NCBI GenBank assembly: GCA_963840855.1 | Contig: CAWJBB010000033.1 | Location: forward strand, 10,256-74,255 | Source of the DNA: an uncultured delta proteobacterium | GTDB lineage: Bacteria; Desulfobacterota; Binatia; UBA9968 | DNA length: 64,000 bases | Direction of reading: 5' to 3' | In this document: piece by piece, positions 18,584-28,241 of the stretch | Numbering within the stretch: the stretch's first letter is position 1 | Layout: every line of letters begins with the position of its first letter | The notes under the pieces: generated by a model | Told to the model about the DNA's origin: nothing | Database searches by the model: none | What the model saw: only the letters and a program-made list of their open reading frames with translations | Translations under genes and position numbers: made by a program

Positions 18584-20215
18584 TTATTTGGCGCCGCGGA
18601 TGTGGTCGATGATGTCAGAGGCGTCTCGTGGGACGGAGTCGCCGCGCCAGGCGACATGGCCGTCGGGGCGAATCAACACCAAGCCGCGCTCGTAGGTTTC
18701 TTTCACTTTCGGTTCGTTCAGCGGGATGATGTTTAGCGGCATGCCAACTTTGGCTGCCGCGGTGGCGAATGCCGGCGTGTCGCCTTGCTTTGCGGAAAGA
18801 TCCAATAACGTGAAGCCTCTGCCGAACAGGTCCAGCGTCGATCTGCCATCTCTAAGCCAGACATGGGGAGCCCGTACACCCGGCCAAGTAGAGGGCACAT
18901 AGATTCCGTGATCCAGTTCAGGCGGCGCCGTGCCGTCGGCAACGCAGACGGGCGAGTCTTCATAGCGGTAGCCCAATTCGATACCCGCTGAGTCGTGCTG
19001 AAATTCCTTGGCACGGGTGCGCATGATAGCGGCGCGGGCTTTCTCACGAAACTGTTTCCCCTCGTCGCTGTCATTCTCGATTTGTGGCGAGAAGGGAGTT
19101 TGATTGTCGAAGCTGGCGCGCATTTCAGCGGCTTCGTTGACGTTGATCATGGCGATCGGTTTGCGCTCCGAATTGTAACTGTCGAGCAGTTCCGCTCCGC
19201 CCCAGCCTTCGAGCACCGCGGCAAGTTTCCAGCCAATGTCGACGGCGTCGCCGACGCCGGTGTTCATGCCGAACCCTCCCGCCGGCCAGTTTAAATGCGC
19301 GGCATCGCCAGCGAGAAAGACCCGTCCTTCCCGGTATCGTTCCGCCACGACGCAATGGCCGGTCCACGGCCGCATCGCCAAAAGTTCGAAATCAATCGTT
19401 TCGCCGAGGGCGGCGCGGAGTTTCTCCGGCGCGTTCAAAACATCGAGCTGTTCTTGTTGTACGTTTCGGATGTTCAAGCGCCAGAGGTCCTTTCCGTCGA
19501 CCGCGGCGATGGCGCCGTTAATTTGCGAATTGATAATCTGGTATTGAACCGCGGCTCCGTGGTTGCCCATCGTCAACAATGGAGCACGAAACAATACCGC
19601 CACGTTCATGCCTTGAGAAAAGACGCCTTGGAACTGGATATCAAGTGCGCGCCGGATATTGCTTCGGCCGCCGTCGCAACCGACCAAATAATCCGCCTCG
19701 ATGGTTTCATGTCGGCCGGTTTTTTTGTCGACGATCTCGGCGAACACTTGTCCACCGTCTTGCCGGAACGATTCGAAGGAAGTCTCGTAACGAATCTCAA
19801 CCGTGGGAAGAGAGTTAGCATGCTGGTGCAGGACGGGATCAAAATAAGGCTTCGAAATCCACAGCCGGCCTTCCGGGCTATAGGGCGAACGCGCTGCCGG
19901 ATCGCCATTGGCCGGATGGTCGAAGCGGGCGATTTCATAACCGTCCATGCGCGTGACGAATAGGTAATTTCTCGGATAGTCGGTCGGGTAGCCCGACTCA
20001 AAACGCATGCGGTCGGCGATGCCCCAGCGGCGCAGATGCTCCACGGTGCGGGTGTTGGCAAGATTGGTCGTAGGAAATTCTACGCTACCGTCGGATTGCT
20101 CGACGACGAGACAACGGATGCCGCGATAGGCTAGTTCGATCGCCAGCGACAAACCGACGGGCCCGGCGCCGGCGATGAGCACGGGATAACGCTTCGACGC
20201 AGTCGCCTCACTCAT
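18584..20215 (-). CDS. FAD-dependent aromatic-ring monooxygenase (PheA/TfdB-type hydroxylase)
   Basis: Dinucleotide fold YPVLIAGAGPVGLSLAIELAYRGIRCLVVEQ, FLAGDAAHLNWPAGGFGMNTGVGDAVDIGWKL, and a C-terminal thioredoxin-like extension. 543 aa. Confidence 0.9.
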   Translation of the reverse strand: MSEATASKRYPVLIAGAGPVGLSLAIELAYRGIRCLVVEQSDGSVEFPTTNLANTRTVEHLRRWGIADRMRFESGYPTDYPRNYLFVTRMDGYEIARFDHPANGDPAARSPYSPEGRLWISKPYFDPVLHQHANSLPTVEIRYETSFESFRQDGGQVFAEIVDKKTGRHETIEADYLVGCDGGRSNIRRALDIQFQGVFSQGMNVAVLFRAPLLTMGNHGAAVQYQIINSQINGAIAAVDGKDLWRLNIRNVQQEQLDVLNAPEKLRAALGETIDFELLAMRPWTGHCVVAERYREGRVFLAGDAAHLNWPAGGFGMNTGVGDAVDIGWKLAAVLEGWGGAELLDSYNSERKPIAMINVNEAAEMRASFDNQTPFSPQIENDSDEGKQFREKARAAIMRTRAKEFQHDSAGIELGYRYEDSPVCVADGTAPPELDHGIYVPSTWPGVRAPHVWLRDGRSTLDLFGRGFTLLDLSAKQGDTPAFATAAAKVGMPLNIIPLNEPKVKETYERGLVLIRPDGHVAWRGDSVPRDASDIIDHIRGAK

Positions 20216-20365
20216 TGATTGTTACGCATTGCCCATCAACCCGGCCCCAGCGCTCATGGGATCACGGCCTCTTGGAAATTAACCGAAGTAAATCACAGTT
20301 GGCAGGCCGCGACAACGAGAAAACCAAGTCGGTGCAATAAGAGCTGGAGTGATGGCGGCTGAGAA

Positions 20366-21658
20366 CTATTGACGTTTAACAACAGCCAGCGCTTCCATGT
20401 GGAAGGTTTGCGGAAACAAATCGATGGGCTGAACCGTCTGCAGTTTGTAACCGCGCTGTGCCAGGGCGGCGAGATCGCGCGCCAGTGTCGCAGGGTCGCA
20501 CGAAATATAGAGTATGGTTTCGGCATTGAGAACCGCGAGGTCGCGCTCGATGCCTTTGGCGCCGGCGCGCGGCGGGTCGAGAACGATTTTGTTGAACCGT
20601 TCTTTGCGCCGCGCCAGTTGCGCCAACGCGCCGGGGACGGGCGCGACACGCCAGCGGATATTTTCGATGCCATTGCGCTGGGCATTGAGTTTGCCGCTAT
20701 CGACCGCATGGCGGTGGCCTTCGACGGCGACGACTTTTCCGGCGCGCCGGGCGATGGGCAGCGTGAAATTTCCCGCGCCGCAGTAAAGTTCGAGCACATA
20801 GTCACCGTTGGCGAATTCGCCGGCGCGCAGAAGATGATGCAAGATCGTGCGGTTGCCTTCCGGATTGATCTGAGTGAAAACGTCGGCCTCGACGGCCAGG
20901 CACATGTCCGTTTCGGTGGCGACGCTGATACGGGTATCGCCCCAGACGTGACGCCGGCCGTAGCCCGCTACGATAACTCCGCACACGCCCGCGCTGCCGT
21001 CCAGCAGTTTGCTGATCGTTGCGCTGTCCGAAGGAGCCAATGGTCCGGCGGCGATGGCGATGAGGACCAGCTCGTTTTCTCCGTCACCGGCGACGATCTC
21101 AATTTCCACGATATTTGTCGCCGCCTCTTTAACCCAACTCCGGACATGCTGCAATGCGCGGTTAATCGCCTCCGAGGCGACCTCGCAGCTGTCGATCTCA
21201 ACCAGATCGTGGGAGAATGAGCGCGAAAAACCGACTTGCCGGCCGTTGTTACAGCGCAGGCGAATGCGCCGGCGATAGTGAAATTCGCGCGGCGCGGCGA
21301 CTATAGGAAGGACTTCGAAATCCTTCAGTTTGCCGATGCGCCGCAGAGCGTCTTCGAGGCTTTGCTGTTTGGCCGTTAGCTGCGCGCCATAGTCGATCTG
21401 TTGCCACGGGCAGCCGCCGCAGGGGCCGACGTAGGGGCAAGGGGGCCGGCGCCTTTGGGCCGAAGCCTCGGTTATATTGATCAGCTCGGCGATGGCATAG
21501 CTGCCCTTCGATTCAATCAGGCGGGCGGTCACGCGATCGCCGGGGACAGTACCGGCGACCATGATCACCCGGCCATCGTGGCGACCGATGCCGTATGGGC
21601 CGTGGGAGAGCGAGCCGATCTCTAGCGTGAATGCGTTTTTCGCGTTACTCTCAGCCAT
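20366..21658 (-). CDS. rlmD: RumA/RlmD-type 23S rRNA (uracil-C5)-methyltransferase (TRAM + 4Fe-4S + SAM-MTase)
   Basis: N-terminal TRAM-like beta barrel, Cys cluster CPYVGPCGGCPWQQ, SAM motif VLELYCGAGNFTLPIA, and C-terminal ISCDPATLARDL. Confidence 0.8.
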   Translation of the reverse strand: MAESNAKNAFTLEIGSLSHGPYGIGRHDGRVIMVAGTVPGDRVTARLIESKGSYAIAELINITEASAQRRRPPCPYVGPCGGCPWQQIDYGAQLTAKQQSLEDALRRIGKLKDFEVLPIVAAPREFHYRRRIRLRCNNGRQVGFSRSFSHDLVEIDSCEVASEAINRALQHVRSWVKEAATNIVEIEIVAGDGENELVLIAIAAGPLAPSDSATISKLLDGSAGVCGVIVAGYGRRHVWGDTRISVATETDMCLAVEADVFTQINPEGNRTILHHLLRAGEFANGDYVLELYCGAGNFTLPIARRAGKVVAVEGHRHAVDSGKLNAQRNGIENIRWRVAPVPGALAQLARRKERFNKIVLDPPRAGAKGIERDLAVLNAETILYISCDPATLARDLAALAQRGYKLQTVQPIDLFPQTFHMEALAVVKRQ

Positions 21659-21667
21659 TGAGAGGAA

Positions 21668-21756
21668 TTAACCACAAAGAGCTCAGTGCGGCAAAGCCGC
21701 CACCAAAGGGAAGAAAAGACTTAACCACAAAGGACACATTTATACTGCGCGCAGCC
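21668..21756. repeat. CCACAAAG-type repeats in the divergent spacer, including copy 2 of the 35-nt repeat
   Basis: ttaaccacaaag occurs twice (21668-21679 and 21721-21732), with ccaccaaaggg between. 21722-21756 matches 17107-17141 at 29/35. A looser relative is at about 25429-25455. Confidence 0.65.
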
Positions 21757-21779
21757 AGTTCAATTAGTTTTTAGAATAT

Positions 21780-22151
21780 ATGAGTTACCAAGACGATCCG
21801 CGGTTTTTTAAGGGAATTGAAGAATTCAACCAGCAGTTGTTCTTCGAGTGTCACGAGACCCTTGAAGAGATCTGGCTTGAGGAACATGGCGAAGCACGGC
21901 CGTTTTTTCAGGGCATCATTCAAATCGCCGCCGGCTATTTCAAGTTGCAGCAAGGGGTGCCGGCGGGCGCGGTTAAACTCTGGCGCACCGGTCTGGAAAA
22001 GATCGCGGCCTATCAGCCGGTGTATTTGGGAATGAACGTGGAAGCCCTCATGCGCAGCGTCCAACGGAATTTAGCCGAGCTTGAGGACGCGCAACAACAC
22101 GGCGGCCCAACGCCCGCGCTGGAAATTCCTTCTATACATCTCATCTGCTGA
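21780..22151 (+). CDS. DUF309 domain protein
   Basis: FNQQLFFECHETLEEIWLEEHGEARPFFQGIIQIAAGYFKLQQG is the DUF309 signature helix pair. Confidence 0.7.
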   Translation: MSYQDDPRFFKGIEEFNQQLFFECHETLEEIWLEEHGEARPFFQGIIQIAAGYFKLQQGVPAGAVKLWRTGLEKIAAYQPVYLGMNVEALMRSVQRNLAELEDAQQHGGPTPALEIPSIHLIC

Positions 22152-22157
22152 CGCTCT

Positions 22158-22835
22158 TTGATGATCCGCTGTACTGACGTTCGTAAAGTCTACCGCCAGG
22201 GCGAAGCTGAAATCATCGCTCTGGGGGGTGTCTCTCTGGAAATACCTCGGGGCTCGTTTGCCGCCATCATGGGGCCGAGCGGTTCCGGGAAAAGCACGTT
22301 GCTGCATCTGATCGGCGGCTTGGATCGTCCCAGCGCTGGCGAGTTACTGGTGGACGGGCGGCTGATAGCGCAAATGGCCGATGATGAGATAACGCTTTTT
22401 CGGCGCAAGCGAGTGGGTTTTGTGTTCCAGTTTTTCAATCTGCTGCCGACATTGACGGCCTTTGAAAATACCGCGCTGCCCTTGGTTCTCGACGGGCGCT
22501 CGAAAACGCAAGCGGGTGAGCGCGCGCGCCAGCTCCTGGCCAAAGTCGGTCTGGAGAAACGCGAGCACCACCTACCCGAAGAAATGTCGGGAGGAGAGGT
22601 CCAGCGCGTTGCTATTGCCCGGGCGTTGGCTTTTGGTCCGCCGATCCTGTTGGCCGACGAACCGACCGGCAATCTGGACTCGAAAACGGGAGAGGCGATC
22701 TTGTCGCTCTTACGCCGGATCAACGAAGAAGACGGTTGTACCGTCGTGATGGTCACGCATAGCAATGAGGCGGCGAGATACGGCCACCGTACGATCTTTC
22801 TCCGCGACGGCAGAGTGGAGAAGGAAACGGCGTAA
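22158..22835 (+). CDS. ABC transporter ATP-binding protein (MacB/LolD/FtsE-like)
   Basis: Walker A GPSGSGKST, signature MSGGEVQRVAIARAL, Walker B ILLADEPTGNLD. The stop overlaps the permease ATG (TAATG). Confidence 0.92.
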   Translation: MMIRCTDVRKVYRQGEAEIIALGGVSLEIPRGSFAAIMGPSGSGKSTLLHLIGGLDRPSAGELLVDGRLIAQMADDEITLFRRKRVGFVFQFFNLLPTLTAFENTALPLVLDGRSKTQAGERARQLLAKVGLEKREHHLPEEMSGGEVQRVAIARALAFGPPILLADEPTGNLDSKTGEAILSLLRRINEEDGCTVVMVTHSNEAARYGHRTIFLRDGRVEKETA

Positions 22836-25417
22836 TGTTCGCGCTCCTCAGCACTATCTCTTGGCGCCATGTCCGGCGCCACCGGCTAAGAACACTGCTG
22901 ACTTTTGTGGGCATGGCCCTCGGTGTCGCGGTGATCGTGGCCATTGCGCTAGTCAATCGCTCGCTTAGCACTTCATTCCAGGCGACCATCGAGCAGATCG
23001 CGGGCAAAGCTGTCTTGCAGGTGTCCAACGCCGAAAGCGGGATGGCTGAGTCGATCTTTCCAACGATACGGGATACCGAGGGGGTTCAGCATGCCGCGGC
23101 GGCAGTCGAGGGCTTCTTGCCGGTGAGCGGTGTGGAGCGGGAGCGGCTCTATGTTCTCGGCGCGGATCTACTGACGGATTCCGCAGTGCGCGATCATCAG
23201 TTCACGGACTCCGGATTCGCTTTTGATCAGGCGCTGGACTTTATCGCCCAGCCGGATTCCATCGCGTTGACCGAGTCGTTCGCGCGCCGGTTCGGTCTTC
23301 GGATCGGCGCGCGCATTACGCTTAGCACCAGCGCTGGAAAGCAAAATTACACGGTGCGCGCGCTGCTCAAAGAACAGGGCACGGCGAGGGTCTTCGGCGG
23401 TAATTTCGCGCTGATGGACCTGCCGGCGGCGCAGCGAGCCTTCGGCAAGGAGGGAAAACTCGACGTCGTCGATCTGACCGTGGAAGAGGGCAACAGGATA
23501 GAAGCCGTGCAAGAGCGCCTGCGCCTGCGCCTCAGCGGAATGGCGGAGGTGGAGCGGCCGAAAAAGCGCGGCGAGCAGATCGAGTCGCTGCTGACCTCCT
23601 TTCGCGTTGGGCTTTTCTTTGTGAGCTTGATCGCGCTGTTCGTCGGGTTTTTTCTTATCTACAACACGGTCGCGGTTTCGGTCGTGCAACGCAAGCGGGA
23701 GATCGGTACGCTGCGTTGCCTGGGCATGCGGCGGGGCGAATTGCTCCGTCTCGTCTTGAGCGAAGCGGTGATCCTTGCGCTCGTGGGGGCCGTCGCGGGT
23801 TGTTTTCTCGGTTGGGCGTTGGCGCAGGCCGCGCTGCTGGCCGTCGGCGAAACCGTGCGCAATCTGTTTTCGTCCATCGCGCTCGCCGGCAGCAGCCTGT
23901 CCGTGAATGAGTTGGCGTTGGCGCTGGCGAGCGCCGTCGGCGTCGCCCTGTTTGCGGCTTTGCATCCGGCCGTGGAAGCTATACGAATCAGCCCGTTGGA
24001 AAACGCCCGGCAAGCCGCGTGGCGACCGGTCTTTCACGGCAGAAAATCTTGGGCGACTCGGCTCGGCTTTCTATGTCTCGTGGTTTCGCCGGCGCTGGTT
24101 TTCTTTGCGCCGTCTGTTGCCGGGGCGGTTCGGCAGTTCAGTGTAGGCATAGTCGGCATGTTGGTGTTTTTGCTCGGCCTTGCGTCCTTTAGTCCGCTGT
24201 TCATCAGTTTCGCGGCAAGGCAGTTCCAGCGTTGCGCGGCCGACATTCCTGGACTGTCTTGGGCCGAAACCAGACTCGCGTCGGATAGCGTAATGAGAAA
24301 TCCGTTGCGCTCGGGCATCACCGTTGCGACCATGATCATTAGCCTGGCGGCGATTTTTACCATCGCAGCCTTTATTAACAGCGTGCGCGGTTCACTGTTG
24401 GCGTGGGTGGATCAAATGGTCACCGCGGATATCATAGTAAGCTCGGGGGCAAGAACCGCCGGGCCGCGAAATGTGTCGCTGCGCGAAGATCCTTTGCCGG
24501 GTCTGAAAGCTCTGCCCGGCGTAACAATCGTTGATCTCTATCGTCTCGTTCGAGCGAACTATCAAGGGAGGACTATCGTCGTGGAATCTTTTTCCGCCGT
24601 GGAGTCGGCAAGCGTGCGCACTCTACCCATGGCCGAGGGCGACGGAACTAAAGCCTTGCGGGAAATGGCGGAAGGCAAGGGAGCGATCATCAGCGAAAGT
24701 TTTCAACGCAGGTTTGGCAAAGGCACCCATGACACCATCGAGCTTGCCACGCCATCCGGTCCGGTGGGCTTCAAGGTGCTGGGCATCTATGTCGACTATT
24801 CGTCAGACATCGGCAGCGTGCTGATGGACCGCGCACTCTACAAAAAATACTGGCGGGATGATCTCGTGGATGCGTTCGACTTGTGGTTGGAGCCGGGCGC
24901 GGACATGCAAGCGGTGATAGAAAAGATCAAAGCGGCCTATGGAGAAAAATACCAGCTGTTTGTGAGCACCCACCGGGAATTGCGAGACGCCGTGGTTAAA
25001 ATCATGGAACAATCGTTTGTCGTCAACTACGCGGTTGAAATCGTCGCCATCGTGGTCGCCATCTTCAGTGTCATCAACACACTGCTCGCGTCGGTGATGG
25101 ACCGGACACGAGAGATCGGCGTGCTGCGCGCCATCGGCGCAACCCGGGCGCAAATACGGCGCATGGTTCTTTTAGAAGCGGCCGCGATGGGACTCATGGG
25201 CGGCGTGCTCGGGTTGTTTGCCGGCACGATCATGGCTTACCATCATGTGGTCTATAACACAAAGGTGCTAACCGGCTGGACCTTTCAATTTCACTACCCC
25301 TACGACGTAGCGCTGGTCGCGCTTATAGCGGCGGTGCTGCTCTGCCTCGCTGCCGGCTACGGTCCGGCTAAGCAGGCCGCGGCGACCCCCATCGTGAGCG
25401 CCATCGGATACGAATGA
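22835..25417 (+). CDS. FtsX-family ABC transporter permease with duplicated FtsX/MacB-type domains
   Basis: 860 aa. There are two blocks of ...REIGTLRCLGMRRGEL... and ...REIGVLRAIGATRAQI..., each followed by 3 TM helices, with large extracytoplasmic loops after TM1 of each half. Confidence 0.85.
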   Translation: MFALLSTISWRHVRRHRLRTLLTFVGMALGVAVIVAIALVNRSLSTSFQATIEQIAGKAVLQVSNAESGMAESIFPTIRDTEGVQHAAAAVEGFLPVSGVERERLYVLGADLLTDSAVRDHQFTDSGFAFDQALDFIAQPDSIALTESFARRFGLRIGARITLSTSAGKQNYTVRALLKEQGTARVFGGNFALMDLPAAQRAFGKEGKLDVVDLTVEEGNRIEAVQERLRLRLSGMAEVERPKKRGEQIESLLTSFRVGLFFVSLIALFVGFFLIYNTVAVSVVQRKREIGTLRCLGMRRGELLRLVLSEAVILALVGAVAGCFLGWALAQAALLAVGETVRNLFSSIALAGSSLSVNELALALASAVGVALFAALHPAVEAIRISPLENARQAAWRPVFHGRKSWATRLGFLCLVVSPALVFFAPSVAGAVRQFSVGIVGMLVFLLGLASFSPLFISFAARQFQRCAADIPGLSWAETRLASDSVMRNPLRSGITVATMIISLAAIFTIAAFINSVRGSLLAWVDQMVTADIIVSSGARTAGPRNVSLREDPLPGLKALPGVTIVDLYRLVRANYQGRTIVVESFSAVESASVRTLPMAEGDGTKALREMAEGKGAIISESFQRRFGKGTHDTIELATPSGPVGFKVLGIYVDYSSDIGSVLMDRALYKKYWRDDLVDAFDLWLEPGADMQAVIEKIKAAYGEKYQLFVSTHRELRDAVVKIMEQSFVVNYAVEIVAIVVAIFSVINTLLASVMDRTREIGVLRAIGATRAQIRRMVLLEAAAMGLMGGVLGLFAGTIMAYHHVVYNTKVLTGWTFQFHYPYDVALVALIAAVLLCLAAGYGPAKQAAATPIVSAIGYE

Positions 25418-25445
25418 CGCAAAAGACCTAACCACGGGCACAAAA

Positions 25446-25706
25446 TTACCGCCACCGCAGGTTCAAATCGTTCCAGCCGTCCAATAATCCGGCGGTCGTT
25501 TTGAGCGGTCCTTGAATGGCGCCCTCAGCGCGCGCCAATGAAAAAACCAGAGAGGTAGCAGCGCGAGTCAAACCTAACTCTTGTGTCACCGGCAAAAAGA
25601 AGATGGTGAAGCCGTAAGCATGAAGCCCGCCGCCAAGAAGCCGGATGGCGCAACTGGCGCCGATCATGCGCCAGCCATAAAAGAGACTCGTGAACTTATT
25701 CAACAA
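25446..25706 (-). pseudogene. 5' fragment of a second MFS transporter gene (paralog of 25714..26994)
   Basis: MLNKFTSLFYGWRMIGASCAIRLLGGGLHAYGFTIFFLPVTQELGLTRAATSLVFSLARAEGAIQGPL aligns residue-for-residue with the N-terminus of the upstream MFS. Similarity then continues briefly in another frame and runs into the convergent permease stop. Confidence 0.65.
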
Positions 25707-25713
25707 GCAAATC

Positions 25714-26994
25714 CTAAGTTTGCGGTTTAGGTCTCGTCAACATAAAGTACAGCGCTCCGGAAACCAGCGAAAGCGCGATGAATCCAGACATCAATGGACT
25801 ATAGCTCTGATAGTGATCATAGACCGCGCCGGCAATGACCGGTCCGAAAGCCGGACCCCATAGATAGAAAAAGCTCATGGTGCCGCGGATCGTCGCGAAG
25901 GACTTGCGGCCGAAAAAATCGCCGACGGTGGCCCAGCCCACCGGAAAGATCGATTCCATGAACGTAAACAGCAGGGTAAAAACCCATAACGCCCATTCAC
26001 CATCACCGTAGGCGAGAAAAAAAATCGACGCCGCGCCGATGGTCATGCACAGACCCATCAGTCTGGGCTTGCTCACGTGGTCGGCAATCCAGCCGACGAG
26101 CAGATGAGACGGCAGGCTCATAAGGGCCATAGCCGCGAGCAAGGCGGCGGCGCGTTGCTCCGATACGCCGCGCCACACCATGATCGGAATAAAATGCACG
26201 GTGATGGCATTGAACACCGCGACGCGGGTGGTGGTGGCAAGTATGATCATCCAGAAGGCCGAGGTTCGCATCGCCTGGTTTAAAGTAAAGTCGGCTTCCG
26301 GGCTTTGGCTCGGCGAATCTTTTGTACCTGGCGCCTTGGAGTGATAATCGGGCTGGGTAGCCGACGGTGCGGCGCCATCGGGCAGCATGCCCAAGCTCTC
26401 CGGCGAACGCTTGACGAACAGCGCCACGGGGACCCCAACCAGAATCAAGCCAACGCCGGACAAGAATGCGCCCCAACGCCAGCCCCAGGTATGGACGGTG
26501 AAGGCGAGCAGCGGCGTGATCAGCGTGCCGCCAATGCCGATGGCGGAGCTGACCAGCGTCATGGCAAGAGCGCGCCGGCGGATAAACCAGGTGTTGGCCA
26601 AAACCATCGGCGAATGCATGAAGCCGGCGGAAAACGACAGCGAGATGACGCCGAGATAGACGACGAGAAAGCCATAGTAGGTTTCAATCGTCGCGAGCAG
26701 CATGTAACCGATGCCGGACAGGATAACTCCGGCCAGGATCATCGGGCGCGGACCGAGGCGGTCGATCAGATAGCCGGCCAGCGGACCTTCGATGGCCCCT
26801 TCGGCGCGGGCCAAGGAAAAGACGAGCGAGGTAGCCGCGCGACTCAGCCCCAGTTCCTGAGTGATGGGTAGGAAGAAGACAGTGAAGCCATAGAGATGGA
26901 ATCCGCCGCCAAGCATGCGAATGCCGCAGCCGACGGCAACCATCCACCAGCCGTAAAAAAGACCATTGAGTCGCGCGGTGAATTTTTCGATCAT
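25714..26994 (-). CDS. MFS transporter (oxalate/formate-antiporter-like)
   Basis: 12-TM pattern. The start is placed at MIEKFTARLNGLFYGWWMV (ATG 26994) by alignment with the paralog fragment. The ORF is open to a TTG at 27096. Confidence 0.8.
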   Translation of the reverse strand: MIEKFTARLNGLFYGWWMVAVGCGIRMLGGGFHLYGFTVFFLPITQELGLSRAATSLVFSLARAEGAIEGPLAGYLIDRLGPRPMILAGVILSGIGYMLLATIETYYGFLVVYLGVISLSFSAGFMHSPMVLANTWFIRRRALAMTLVSSAIGIGGTLITPLLAFTVHTWGWRWGAFLSGVGLILVGVPVALFVKRSPESLGMLPDGAAPSATQPDYHSKAPGTKDSPSQSPEADFTLNQAMRTSAFWMIILATTTRVAVFNAITVHFIPIMVWRGVSEQRAAALLAAMALMSLPSHLLVGWIADHVSKPRLMGLCMTIGAASIFFLAYGDGEWALWVFTLLFTFMESIFPVGWATVGDFFGRKSFATIRGTMSFFYLWGPAFGPVIAGAVYDHYQSYSPLMSGFIALSLVSGALYFMLTRPKPQT

Positions 26995-27212
26995 TAATCC
27001 GGTAAAAGGGACCCAGGCCCTTCGACTGCGCTCAGGGGCTGGCCGGACGGGCATAAAATCCGGAAGGCGTTGGCCGGGCGCGATGATTTCGTTCAAATTA
27101 TCCGACAGCCCGGCGCAATGTCAACGCTAGGTTAAGACCCCAACGCTGATGTTTGTTCTTCATTGGTGTATAAAAGTTTCTAACCGAGAGCGCAAAACGA
27201 AAGGAAGGCGCG

Positions 27213-28218
27213 GTGAAACACAGGATTACATTGATTCCGGGCGACGGCATCGGCCCCGAGGTGATGAAGCCGACGCTTAAAATTATCAAGGTGGCCGGCG
27301 TGAACGTCGAGTGGCACAGTCACCTGGCCGGAGCCACGGCGCTAAAAAAACATGGGACGACGATTCCGCAGAAACTCATGGACTCCTTTGAGCGCGACAA
27401 GGTTGCCCTCAAAGGACCGGTGACGACTCCGGTGGGGGAGGGCTTCGCGAGCGTTAATGTCGAACTGCGCCAGAGCTTCGACCTTTACGCTAACCTCCGG
27501 CCCATCAAGAATCTTCCGGGCGTCAAGGCGCGCTATGAAAACGTCGATCTCATCGTCGTGCGCGAAAATACCGAGGGGCTTTATTCTGGTATCGAACATG
27601 AAGTCGTACCGGGGGTGATGGAAAGCCTGAAAATCATCACTGAGAAGGCGTCCACGCGAATTGCCCGCTTCGCCTTCGACTACGCGCGCGCCCACGGGCG
27701 CAAGAAAGTCGCGGCGGTGCATAAAGCCAATATCATGAAACTCACCGACGGCTTGTTTCTTCAATGCGCGAGGAACATGGCGCCGCGCTACCATAAAGAT
27801 CGCCTTCAGCGATCTCATTGTGGACAACGCTTGCCTGCAGCTAGTTCTGGACCCGACGCGTTTCGATGTCTTGCTGCTAGAAAATCTTTACGGCGACATC
27901 GTCTCGGATTTGGCGGCGGGACTGGTGGGCGGTCTGGGCGTCGTCCCAGGCGCCAATTTGAGCAACACCCACGCGCTGTTCGAGAGCGTGCATGGCAGCG
28001 CGCCGGACATCCAGGGCAAGAATATCGCCAATCCAACGGCGCTGATCCTCGCCGCCGTGATGATGCTCGAACATATCGGGGAAAAAAAGGCGGCGACGCG
28101 CATCTCCGGCGCTCTCGAGGCGGTGTTGAGAAAAGGCGAGCACTTAACCCCCGATCTCGGCGGCAGCGCGACCACGACGAAATTTGCCGATGCGATCATG
28201 CGGGAGATTGAACGATAA
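27213..28218 (+). pseudogene. NAD-dependent isocitrate dehydrogenase-like (isocitrate/isopropylmalate dehydrogenase family), frame broken once (as assembled)
   Basis: ITLIPGDGIGPEV..., VRENTEGLYSG, HKANIMKLTDGLFL run up to ..APRYHK. The continuation IAFSDLIVDNACLQLV...NLYGDIVSDLAAGLVGGLG...HGSAPDI is in the +1 frame (track ORF 27820..28218). The shift maps to the A-run at 27795-27797. Confidence 0.85.
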
Positions 28219-28241
28219 GGAGGAAAACAATTTACTCGAGA

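Noticed and set aside
18400-18584. tRNA-like GGTTCGA / GGTTCAAA strings and a GCAACC/GGTTGC hairpin in this spacer.
   Set aside because: The flanking bases do not form T-arm or acceptor stems. The hairpin's T-run is on the strand with no upstream gene, so no tRNA or convincing terminator can be supported.
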